DNA of 64,000 nt from Neoechinorhynchus agilis (lineage: Eukaryota; Animalia; Acanthocephala), in the NCBI GenBank assembly GCA_051530055.1, contig CM121342.1, positions 13,345,480-13,409,479 of the forward strand, written 5' to 3'. Below are positions 1 through 11,478 of this stretch, in pieces. The position numbers were made by a program, and so were the translations under genes. A model generated the notes under the pieces. The model worked only from the letters and a program-made list of their open reading frames with translations, had not been told where the DNA came from and did no database searches. Each line of letters opens with the position of its first letter. Within the stretch, counting starts at the first letter, position 1.

Positions 1-2398
1 TTGAACCGAATGCCGCGAGCTTTACACAGTTGGTTAATGGTATTCTGGGATCCTTAGAAGGAATGCCGAAATACAATTTCCCTTCTATTGCGATCATTTT
101 AAGTGAATTGGTGAAGAAAGAGGATAATGTGACCGGCGTAGTCCGATGCTTGGATGAAAGTGCTACTCTTGAAGTCCTTTTGTCTATTTTATTCGCTGAT
201 GAAGCGGAGCACTCTTCCGAGAAAAAGTACTGGGCTATTATCGTACTAAAACTTATTTTAATGCATTCTAAGTCCGGCCGAACTTTCATACGCGATAGAT
301 TGGAAACAATAACACGATTTGCAATCGTCGAAATAACGGACTTCAAACTAAAAAAGGAATTCTTCTCTCTGTTGGTCACCTGCGCCGATCTTATCGTGGA
401 TAAAAACAAAATTTGTGAAGCTGTAAATGCATGAGTTTTGTGCAAAACACATCCATAGTTTATTACCATTATTTTGCAGATTTTCTAACGCCCTTTTTAA
501 AGGCGGCTCAAACCAATTCCCTAAAGTTCCCCTTTCCTTGAAGCATCGAAAACTCGTGTAGATAATTCAAACAACCATTGATTCATTTTCTATCTGCGAT
601 AAACCCGGCTGGCCGGGGATGGCTGATGAAGTTGTAGCACTGATATTTAACATTTCCCGAAATCCACTCACTGAAAATAAACGACTTGTATGTGATTGTC
701 TTCACCATCTAAAGCAACGGTATCGATCATCGTCTCAAAAATCAAGTCAGAATGGTTCTCACAACGCTGCTTTGCCAAAGCAACAAATTCTGAATTTTAC
801 TTCACTTTGCGGCTCGGTGGCTCAGCATTTCATGCAATTTATGAATACGGAGCTTTGCAATGACTTGAAAGATGCCGATGCTGTGTGTAAAATTCTAAAG
901 TTCGATCGACATGAACTAGATTTGGACGACACTCTGAGTACAAGTTTGAACGCAAGTAGGCTTCGACGGTCGACAAAAGCGACACACGAATACGAAGCAC
1001 CGGATGAACTGGAAAGTTTGTTTATTGAAGAAATTCAAAATAATCATGCGCTGAAACCTGGATCCCTACTTCAAATGTGTGCTGAAGTGACACGTAAGCT
1101 CGTGATGCACTCGCAGGATTACTCCAATCACAGCATCGAAGCCGCAGCTGCATGTGCTCTTGGTCGATTCATGATCATTTCAGACCAATATTGTGAAGAA
1201 AATATGACACTCCTAATTTCGAAACTTACTCACGTCTCAAGTCCTTTAGTTAAGCAGTGTATGCTGACGATTCTTTGTGATGTCCTCATAAAGCATCCCA
1301 ACGAGATCAGCCGATGGGCCAATATTATATTCGGATTTCTGCAAGATCCAGTTTTCCAAGTTCGACTCGCCGCACTTAGGTGTGTCTGCCGACTAATCCT
1401 TAAAGAAATGGTAAAACTTAAAGGATTCTTAGCGCAGGTCGTCAACTGTCTTGTTGATTCCAATCAAGAAGTGAAAGAAATCGCAGAGTTCTTCTTTGGC
1501 GAACTTTCTATGGAGCAGTGATTCGCTGAAAGCACCTTCACGGGGAAACGTCTTTTGTTTACTCTTCGAATAAAACTTTCCCTGTAGGGCGTTAGACTAA
1601 ATTCCTTAACTCTAGCTGCAAAACCATTAGTGTTAATCCCCGAATCGCTGCCATAAACGCGACAATGGAGAGAAAATTCACGCCCTTCTACCCGATATTA
1701 TCACAAATCTATCGAAGATTACCCATTCTGAAGAAGGAAAGGACGACCTTAGCGAGGACTTTAAATCATGCATGAAGTTTCTGATTTGCAATTTCTGCTG
1801 TAAAAAGGATAAACATTGCGAGAGTACAATCGATCGGTTATGTCAGCGAATTAACGGGAATACTGATCTACTCGATTGCCGCAATACAGCTTACTGTATT
1901 TCACTAGTGCGTCCGACCGAAATGAGTATTCGAAGAATGATTCAGAATTTTGGTTTTTATAAAGTTAAACTATCAGATGATATAATCTACACTTACATGC
2001 ATTCGCTGATTGTAGCAGCTCGAAGACCTGTGGGCGGTGTTGGTGGTGAGGATGCGGACGATGAAGTCATCGGCAATGTCGAGTCCTTGGGGAAAAAGGA
2101 GATCTCGAAAGATTTGATTGATGAGCTGTCAAGAATGTTCGAAGAAGCTAGAAATGTGGGTGTTGACGGTATTATCGGATCGATGCATGTACCGAGTAGT
2201 TTAAGCGTATTGAGACGTGGGGTAATTGGCAAAGGACGGTCTCGTGCAACTTCACAAAGGCAGTCTACTAAAAGAAAGATTAGAAAGAGGACAATAAGCA
2301 GTGATAGCGAATTTGATTTTGAGGACCAATCAGTAGCAAGTCGATGTGTCAAGAGACATGTAATCCTGTCTTCGGACGATGATGATTCATTTGTATGA
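1..2398 (+). CDS. NCAPD2: Condensin complex subunit 1 (Cnd1/CAP-D2), 3' part; gene starts upstream of the window
   Basis: Motifs AAAACALGRFM, LCDVLIKHPN, RLILKEMVKLKG, FFFGELS...HALLPDII, KDKHCESTIDRLCQR. Probable GT-AG intron 423-561 and a non-canonical interruption at 1509-1655. Stop TGA 2396-2398. Confidence 0.9.
1509..1655 (+). other. TA-flanked hairpin insertion (145 nt), putative non-canonical intron in NCAPD2
   Basis: TA at 1509-1510 and 1654-1655; arms gcagtgattcg (1515-1525) and cgaatcgctgc (1641-1651). Removal gives FFGELSKRDNGEKIHALLPD. Confidence 0.7.
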
Positions 2399-2533
2399 AG
2401 GGCGTTATTTGTACTTTGAGCGATGTGTAACAACTCATTTCTTGACCTCCCCTCGACAAGGAAGAGGTTTGCTAATTATCTGTGATTTTTTAATACTTTT
2501 CTGTCATTTTCACTCCTGATTCTCTTTTTTTTG

Positions 2534-3533
2534 ATGACCGATCCTGAACTCAACACGACTAATCACATCGCAATAGACATTGAACGTATAGTAGCTGCAT
2601 TTCTTATTGAATTTGCACAAACTAAAACTCTAGACGGGTCTATAATGAAAGGAACCAAGGATCGCACTTTCACATCTCATGTACGACGATTTCATTTATT
2701 GTCTATAGTTCATAATTTGCTCAGAACGCAGTCTATTTGTACAGTTCGGGATATATTCTATAGGAATCCTCGTCTCTTTCGAAGCGTAGAGAAAGTGCGC
2801 TATGATTTAAAGAAGGTGGAAGCGCTTCTTGGAACAGAGAGACGTACGATGAACATTCGAGCGTCATCTAAGGCACTCATTTTCGGCCCAATTCGATTCT
2901 TGGAGAACGATCGATGGGTGGATTGCGATCGACGACCCCAGCTAATTCCGGATGACATTTGGTCTTCGAATTTACTCCATTCTAAAGCATCTTCAATTCT
3001 TATAGTTGAAAAAGATGCCGTCTTCCAGCATCTCGTAAAGAAAATCGATTTTCTAGGGGATTCCTTTTTAGCGAATTCGATCTTAAGTAGATAAAGAATT
3101 TCGAGAAAAATTCGGGGATGTGATCCTTTGTACGGGCAAAGGATATCCAGATGTAGCCACCGTTCAAATTTTAAGGTTTATCTTTAAAGAACTGAAATTG
3201 TTTGGGTTTGTGTTGACCGATGGTGATCCTCATGGAATTGAGATAGCGTTGATCTACCAACGCATATCCGTTTCTCATTGTAAATGGATCGGCGTTCATC
3301 CCGATGAAATGAATGAACTTCAATCATTCTGCGAAGCGATGGTACCTCAGGACATTGCGAAATTGAAGTCTCTTTTGGACAGAAAGGACATCAGTGAACC
3401 AATCAGAAAACAATTGGAGGTATTGGAAGAATTGAAACAAAAGTGTGAAATAGAAAGCATCGTGATGCGATCCGAGAACGCATTAGTGGATGAATACCTA
3501 CCAAGGAAGTTAGTAAATGGCCCGTGGTATTAA
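2534..3533 (+). CDS. SPO11: Meiotic recombination protein SPO11 (TopoVI-A family)
   Basis: TVRDIFY catalytic Tyr motif; TOPRIM motifs IVEKDAVF, TGKGYPD, TDGDPHGIEI, KCEIES. One interruption at 3036-3089. Confidence 0.93.
3036..3089 (+). other. TA-flanked 52-nt insertion, putative non-canonical intron in SPO11
   Basis: GTA repeated at 3035-3037 and 3087-3089. Removal gives EKDAVFQHLVDKEFREKFGDVILCTGKG, the expected motif spacing. Imperfect hairpin (aag..atcga / tcgatctt). Confidence 0.55.
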
Positions 3534-3639
3534 CAATGCGCACAGTTCATGGGTTACTTGTTAAAACAAATATGGCAACTAAACTACTGGTGAATCTCAG
3601 TATCTTTCTCCGCACGAGAAATCGGCCGATCCCTCTTAC

Positions 3640-4530
3640 TGCAGACAGAATTCGGTATGCTTTAATAAAGGAAACATAATTCGGCTATAACTTTTAACTC
3701 CCATGATGCAATTAGAATAACTCAAACACAACCGCTTTCAAAATAATCATTATTAGCAATTTGAAAATACTAATGTCGCCTCTTGACCGACCTCGCCCGT
3801 TAACTGCCTCCGCAGCGTTCTCTTCCTCATGATATTCTCTACACAATTCAAGAAATAATCATCCGACTAAAGTATATCAAAATCTGCTTACCGTTCATTG
3901 CAGCAGCACTGTATACCTGGAGGTCCGCAGCAATATGTCTCGTCCGCATTGAACGTTTCTACTGGGCAAGTAAACGTTTTCTCGGGGATTTGTTCATTTG
4001 AGCAAATATGACAAAGACCATTCAAACTATTGGAATCCATGAAGCTTGGAACGCGACCTCTAGTTCGATGCTTGTTCATTATACCCTTTCTACGGCCATT
4101 CCTTACTTCGTTAAACCAGCAATGGCCAAATCCTTTAATATCTTCTTGGTCCTAAAAATAAAGTTCGACGAACACTCTCGGCCCTAAAAAAAGATTTACA
4201 TGTCGTGACTTTTATGTTTGTGTTTTTGGTACTCAAAAACAGGTCCTCGACCCACATATCCACCGATTTGAGTACCCGATTTAGTCCTTTTGTGAGAATG
4301 GAAGATGCTGCATTGAGGATCTTTTTGTGCAATAAAAATATCGTCACATGGATTGCCTTCTATTTCTGGCTAACTTCCTGAGCCCGGTTTTTTGTGCTTG
4401 ACTCCTTCATTGCGTACAATGCCGTCTATGATTTGCCTTCGTTGTCTGATTGCCGAACCAGGAACATCGAAATTCTCGTACGTTAAGGCAACAGCTAAAT
4501 AAGAGTGGAGATAAAAATCTAGAATCCATT
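3640..4530 (-). CDS. Hypothetical spliced gene with a Cys-rich (Shisa-like CP..YCCG..CC) segment; exon structure unresolved
   Basis: ORF 3888-4079 (FTCPVETFNADETYCCGPPGIQCCC) with several GT..AG candidate introns around it. Confidence 0.35.
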
Positions 4531-4999
4531 CAATGTTTTTTCTTCAAGAATAAATACGATATGAAATTGCGAAAAAAATCGAGAATGTGTTCAATTATTT
4601 AAATAACCTCTTAATGAGGCGGAAAACCTCGATAAAACTCTTCAATGTTGCGTTAAACCAGCCATTTAGATCATACGGAACATCGAAAAGCTATTATGAA
4701 AAAATAATAGAATCGCAAAAAAGCAATCAAATCAGCGATCAAAAATGTCAACAGCCTTATAAAAACAAATATTTACGTTCGTGTTGAACGAAAATTTTAA
4801 CCAATGTACATACCGATTGAAAGTAAAATACCAAAAGCAACGATTCGAATCATCGACGATCTTCAATATCTAACTGGTTAAGGAAATCTAAAGTAGACAG
4901 AAGAAAAATCGTTTAAAGTGTGGCTGGCGTTTTAATGAATTAAAGAACGTTAAAGCTAAGAAATGGACAGCAAGAATAAGTTTTCGGAATTTAGGGCAA

Positions 5000-5495
5000 G
5001 CGACTTTATAAATGAGAGATTGAGGGTTGCGTTGGGCATAGACAAGATAGAAATTTTCGCAATCGGTGGAAAGAAACTTCCTAAATAAGGGATGGAATGG
5101 ACGATGGAACTAAGCGACAAATGACAAAAGAGAAATTAAATTTTCGTCGTCAAGGGAAAGCGACTTCTTAAATCGCGGATTTTATTGACGATAGAATTAA
5201 AAGATAAACAACAAAGGAGAAAAGGAAATGTTTGTAATCCAAGCAACGCGACTTCTTCAATGGAATGAGCAATGGAATTAAACGATAAATAACAATAACG
5301 AGCGAATTCTTAGATCGTGGATCGAGTGGACGATGGAATTAAAAGATAAACAACAAAAGCGAAAGGGAAATTTTCGTTCTTGAAGGAACGCGGCTTCCTA
5401 AATCGTAGATTTAATGGACGATGGAATTAAAAGATAAATAACAAAAGAGAAAAGAAAATTTTCGTACTTGAAGGAACGTGATTTCTTAAATCGAG
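5000..5495. repeat. Degenerate ~88-bp tandem repeat, several partial copies
   Basis: Recurrent gacgatggaattaaaagataaacaacaaaag...ttttcgt...aaggaacgcg.cttc.taaatcg; two copies are 88 bp apart (5329, 5417). Confidence 0.7.
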
Positions 5496-6371
5496 TCTTC
5501 GTTTAAATATGATTGCTTGTCTAGTGGGTGAATTAAAAGTACAAAAATTATGAAATTTAGAAATTTTATGATGTTCTGCGGTCCTCTCGGATATCCTGGA
5601 AAGAATGGGTTAGTTGGTTATCACTGTACAGTAAGGTTGATATTTGATTAGTTGTTGAAGTTATTTCCGTTGGATCCATTTGGATTTAAATTTCGGAATG
5701 ATGTTTAGACTTGAGGTTATTTGGCACTATAATTGGCGTAAACCTAAAGAAATGCATATTTTTAATTAGGTCGAATGTATAAAAGTTTAATGTGTTTTCG
5801 GCTTAAAACGATTAGTTCGCTGATCACGTTGAATTCATCTTATTTTTAATGAACAACAATCACGTTGTAATATCAACTTTGTTAAACTACATATTTATCA
5901 CTTTTATTTATGTTTATTTATTTATCTTAAATCGCATACACTCAGGGCCTTGGGAGCTTTTTCGACTATATATTTTTTCCTTTTGTTGTTTGGGAGCCTC
6001 TTGGCTAACTCACCACTTCGGAGGCGCTCTGCCGCACTCGAAGGGACAGGGCCAACCCTCTTCTTGGGCCAATGGGCGATCTCAAAACCTGACCCCACCC
6101 TTCCAGCAACCTCGCAACCCTCGTGGAATCCAGCGACCAGTGGACTTAAATCAGCGACATATCGAGCGCATTACGAACGCGCTTATACTACTCGGCCACT
6201 GGGCCCCTTTATCACTTTGATGACTCCGCGTTTGCAATTTTTTTTATTGTGATTTGATGTAAATTTGCGTGTAGTTGGGGCTATCTACGCCATAAAATTT
6301 CTGTTCTCGTCTTTGTTTCCATGCGTCAAATCCTGATTTCCCATTGATATCCGGATATATCTACTATTCAG

Positions 6372-6830
6372 ATGAAATCTCTGTCTCGCCACAATCGAGT
6401 ACGAGTGCAGGATGAGAACAAACGGACATCGAGCAATGTTACCAAGCAGCCACTTACATCGTTCTGCTACGAAACCCCAGCCAACAATCGGAAATTCGGA
6501 GCTTCAGAGTTGTCAAACACCGATCATCGAACTTTCATTTCTGCTGCTGGATTCAGCGCTCATCTCGTGAATATACCGGTTCTTCGGACAAACAAGAAGA
6601 GTCGCGTGTTTGAAGGAATAGACTCGGATGAGGATATTGAACCCGTTGCCAGTAGATACAGTACATATCTTTCTAACCTATCGACCAGGATTAGTGATCG
6701 TGAATCATTGACAAAATATGAAAACCTTTCTCCAATAAGGTTAAACCCCTTAATTGCACCTTCGTTGATCGAGCTCGCGGAAGAGTGGAAGGAACCCAGC
6801 ATTTCATTGCCGACTTTAGAGGAACTATGA
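6372..6830 (+). CDS. Hypothetical Ser-rich protein exon, possibly joined to the GC-richer 5950-6250 segment
   Basis: 152-aa ORF preceded by an acceptor-like ttcag; no recognised homology. Confidence 0.35.
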   Translation: MKSLSRHNRVRVQDENKRTSSNVTKQPLTSFCYETPANNRKFGASELSNTDHRTFISAAGFSAHLVNIPVLRTNKKSRVFEGIDSDEDIEPVASRYSTYLSNLSTRISDRESLTKYENLSPIRLNPLIAPSLIELAEEWKEPSISLPTLEEL

Positions 6831-8223
6831 ACGATAATTTGAAACTTAGAAATCGATTTCAAAATATTATGAAGTTAGTATGGTAGTGTTGCTAAACGAG
6901 GTATTTTGAAGTGCTGCGTTAGTTTTTATGCAAGATTGAATCGAGATGCTATCGACTTCTGCTGAGAAATTTTGGGGGCACAGCTAGATTTCTTGAATTC
7001 AAGCAACGCGATTGATTTTTAATCAATATTTCTTTTAACTCCTGTACGTTGAACTTCTAATAACGAATAAAAAGCGTGTAAAGGAAAACCTAATTCATGT
7101 CCGATTTCATTAGTCACAATCATATTTAATGGATTTCAAAATCGATTATGTTCATTGGCCATTTTAGGCAAAGGATTTCACCTACTCTGAAAGTTTTTGA
7201 AATGTTGGAAATCTGGTATAAGATTTGTCTAAAGTTCAAAATAAAGATAAAACTGCCGCTGTTTTTTATCAATTCATCGAATAGCATTCATATGTCAATG
7301 TGAGCATAATTTCTATGCGATTAAAATGCAACATTCCATAAGCAATAAGCTAAACCGTTCACAATACAAAACGAGAAATACTTTTTTAGTTTGCGATCGA
7401 AATTTCGAACTTTACACGTAGATTTTCCTCATCGTTTGTTTTAACAATGCTTAAAATGTATGGTTTATAGAGACTAAATCGCATTTCATATCTATGTTAA
7501 AGTACTCAAAACGATGCGGATATGAAAATCCCTCATGGAGATTACAATGATTTAATCCTACATCTCTGCCATTTTTAAAGGAAAACATAAAATCTGCAGT
7601 GAGTTCTGAAATTACAGAATGCGACTACTTGAGTTGATGTAGCTCGAGAGATATTGTTTGAAAGCGTTTCTAAATCGATACATCTCCAATGTAATTCCAA
7701 ACTTGTTTATTCAAAAAAATTTGTTACAGGAAAGAGCGAACGCACCAAACAACAAGATCCTGAAGCCATCGGAATTTGTGAACCATTCTTGGCAGCGATG
7801 AAATCGATGCTGTTTTTCCAGCTGAAAAAGTCTTTTCGCGTTCCTTAAGAAAGATATTGTATTTTGACAAAATAACGTTGAAAACCTTTAAGAAATTTTG
7901 CAGCGTATCTGGAAATTACGTACGCTGTTCAATTTTTTAGTGCCGCTATGAAATGAGGAAATACAATGGGCCACGACAATGTTGATTTATTGGAACACAG
8001 TCAAATGCGGTTAATTGGACCACCGATTTATCGGACCAGCCACATATTGGGATCGAAACAGTCGCGTTTCGTTCTTGTCCGATTAACCGGCGTATCATCT
8101 TTAGGTATCGATTCTGAAACTATTTTGTGAACAGTGATGGTTGCAATTTACAACCGAGAATCGATCGCTGTCACTAGGGAGTCTTACACGAAACAAGAAT
8201 AATCTGGTTGGAATTATTGCTAA

Positions 8224-8354
8224 GATCTTCACCCGGTAAATATTTTTTTATTAATAACGTTTCGAACCTTGTCGGGTTCATCATCAGTTTTGTTAGTTAT
8301 TAAAAGGCGCTCTAACGCCTTTAATAAAAATATTATTTACCGGGTGAAGACCTA
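8224..8354. mobile_element. MITE-like element with ~17-bp TIRs, TA flanks and an internal hammerhead-like motif
   Basis: TIR tcttcacccggtaaata (8226-8242) / tatttaccgggtgaaga (8334-8350); TA at 8221-8222 and 8353-8354; same family as 56356-56555. Confidence 0.75.
8251..8291 (-). ncRNA. Minimal type-I hammerhead ribozyme-like motif
   Basis: Minus strand reads aaaa-CTGATGA-t-gaacc-cgacaa-ggttc-GAAAC-gtta: catalytic core, stem II and a short palindromic stem III. Confidence 0.55.
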
Positions 8355-10124
8355 AACAATAATCCTAATCATGTACCGCGGTGCCTCAAATATCGACAAA
8401 AATAATCTATTTTAGAAGAGGACCAGTTTTATAGTTAGCAATATCGATTGAGTATATGCATAAAAACTTGCTAACATTTCATACCTTATTAATTATGTTT
8501 CGAAAATTGACATCGTGACTTTGTACCAAAAAGTTTAGCTCAGTGTCCCGTTGAACTGATCGGTAACCTTTTTTCAATGATTAGACAAAAATACGGAATT
8601 AAATCGTACCATAGTTACTTGATCCCAGAATAGTAAAAATCGGTTGATCATTCAAATAATACCAAATTCCTTTTGAGTGATAAGTGAGTCCATCGCTTTG
8701 CGGCCAGAAATGCTTGAATTCGATATCGACTTTGGAGGTCTCACAAGTTCGCATAAACTTTGATTCGAGATATGCATACAGGTATGGTACAATTTGCTCA
8801 GCGCCTTTATAGCGTCCTCTTTTAAAATTAATAGATAGAAAACAATTAAAATGAACGCTTTGGCATCGGCCCAACCTCCGGAGTCGACTGATGCGTTTAG
8901 AATTGTTTTTCGGCTGGATCGATTCGCCAATAGTTTTGCCTCATAATTACCGTAAATATTGAAATAAGCAGTTGTGAGAAATAAATGAGTTTTCTCGTCT
9001 ACAAACTCATTGTTAAGAAGTCCTTCGGTCACTTCTTGATCTGTTCTAATATTGACATCAGGGAATTGAATCAAAGGGTAAATATATATCAAATCTTGAG
9101 TTTCCTCATTCAAACCAACATTTTTTTTGAACAGAGCTTTACCGAGCACATGTTCGCTTGGCATATAATAGATAAAATATTGGAATTTTTGACTATCCTT
9201 TCGCTAGTAATTTCTTTTGAGCTCTTTGCTTTAACACCAGTGGCGCCAACCTAGAATTTGTTCAGCAACTAGTAATGGATATGACAAAAATCAAAGCGAT
9301 ATCTTGATTAATTCATCACTCTATACCCCGGAAACCTTCGAGAGAACATTTGCTCTTTTTAATTTGTTTTTCGAATTGACAACGGTTGATTTCTCTTTTA
9401 CCTAACGTTCCATTTGATTGAATTTTAAACGAAATTCTCGACAAAATTTCGTTCAATTCATACAGAAAGTCCGCCAGCCCTTTATTGTTGTCAATAACGA
9501 AATACCGATCTTTGCGCGATTCAAAATAAGTATCGGACAGATTTGCGCCACTCAGAATCACACGGTTATCGATCACATAATATTTAATATGATGAACACC
9601 TAGAAATTCTCCGAGTTTGCATGGAATCCATTTCGAGAATGTGTCATTGATAGATAATTTGCGAAATAACGAGATTGTCACTGAGGATGGAGGGGAATTG
9701 CATTTAAGATCCTTTAGCACCTGAAAGGAGTTTATTCCATTTTTATCCTTTCGGAGACATCGGAAGTAATCGACGACCAACTGAAATTCGACTTTTCTCG
9801 AGCATGCACTTTTGATATGGCTTATCTAAATTTTCCGTGTTTAATTTGAACACGTATTAGAAAAAAGACAAATTACCAATTCCAAACTTTTTGTACCGAC
9901 ACCAAAATATAATGAAGAGAATATTATTCTTTTGGTAGAGGCGGTAATCGATTCCTATTTTCGAGAAATTAGTGAATTATTGGAAAGGCAGGACTTGCCG
10001 TCAACGTCGAGTAGAAATCAAGAGCCGTGTTAATAGTTCGAAAATCAGCAGAAGTGGTTGCAAATGATGGAAGGTTCGATTTAGTATATTCTGGACACTT
10101 CGCCAAAATTTGTTGGATTGACAT
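8352..10124 (-). CDS. PGS1: CDP-diacylglycerol--glycerol-3-phosphate 3-phosphatidyltransferase (PGP synthase, PLD superfamily)
   Basis: SSLYFG, HHIKYYVIDNRVILSGANLSDTYF..RKDRY, YPLIQF, TTAYFN, TYHSKGIW, GSSNYGYRS..RD.E. GC-AG and GT-AG introns are visible. The central linker and last exon are unresolved, so the 3' coordinate is approximate. Confidence 0.88.
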
Positions 10125-10885
10125 TTGTCTTAAAGAAGTTACAAATTAGAGAAATGTTTTGGAAAAAAACAGATTAGTTTATTCTAAATATTTAAATGCA
10201 CGAATGCCATTCTACGAAAATGATTCAACGTACTTAGCCAATGACGTTTGAAGCTTTAAGAACCGTCCTTACAACATTAAGCTTTCGAATAAAAGTAGAA
10301 TAAACATCTCACGTTAGTCTTATGATCGAAGCAATCATTACATTTCTTCTGAGGAAATTGTTTTAAGAATGTTGAACTTCGATATTAAAGTGATTTAACG
10401 ACAACAAATTGTTCAGCGTCTTTAAGCCCGATGATTATTTATACGAGAAAGTACTGTGAGGTAAAGACTATCCCTATTAGAGTGCTCAATTTCGCCACAA
10501 AAGGTTTCGTACTGTTTGTTTCGTTAATCGTGGACTTTTGATAAGTTTTAGCTATAACAATAGTCAAAGCATTATTCGAAGAAACGAAAAAACTAAGGAC
10601 AATAAACGCAGTGAAATGATTAGTAACAAGGAAAGAGATTACGATTTTTTAATGGTTAAGAAAGTCGTTTTCTGCATTGCAGTATCGAACCTAAAAATAT
10701 TTAAGCGACGTTTGAAATAATATACGAATCGCGAAAATTTCACTCTAATAATATGATTAAAAGCAAAATTTAATTCACATATACGAGCCAAAAAAATTTT
10801 AAGAAATGCTCCATAGAAAATTCATGTTTCACTGCATTCGTATAATGTGGCGGCGGGGAAAAAAATTATATCAAAGAATGACTTT

Positions 10886-10928
10886 AATTGAAATATTTCG
10901 TCCAATCACACCAGACTTCTTCAGACCG
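10886..10928 (-). ncRNA. Isolated hammerhead-like motif of the Penelope-associated type
   Basis: CTGAAGA-a-gtctg-gtgtgat-tggac-GAAA-tatttc on the minus strand; stem I is weak. Confidence 0.35.
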
Positions 10929-11478
10929 CCACATACTCATGGATTTTTCTTTAACATTCGTATAAATAATTTCAAGTATTAGATTGATTTTATGTTAATG
11001 ACTCTTTGATTTCGATTCGTATATTTACAGTTTTCATTAAAACCCATTGAATCGGATTCGTGTTTAATTTTTTTCCCTCAAAAAGATTTAATCGTTTAAT
11101 TTGATGATCGTTTTTAGGATAGTCACTAACACTATTACCAAATACCTCGGGTATAAGAATGCCGATTAGGCCCTTTAAATGAAGACCGTAAAATATCCGT
11201 TGTCTTCCTCCATCGCGAGGCTTGACATGTGATTGAAGAATAATTATAACCAAATATACGAATGTGTACGAGAGGTAAATGAGTGTGCAATCTTACTTTG
11301 TCACACGCGAATCCTATGGCCATTTCTGATGGAGATATTTTCTGTTATTTTCCCATCATCGCAGTCGTCAAATTTCTGATTAATGTTGAGACATTCTGAT
11401 TGGCTGTTGACATAAACCCGAAGGCACAAGGGAACTGAAGAACAATCGAGAACGAAATAGTCAGGACGAGCCTAGCTA

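Noticed and set aside
423-561. In-frame TAG at 559-561 in NCAPD2, suggesting stop-codon reassignment
   Set aside because: A plain GT-AG intron 423-561 removes it in the right phase, and TAA, TAG and TGA all terminate recognisable genes in this window (SPO11 TAA, LUC7 and MFS TAG, NCAPD2 TGA).
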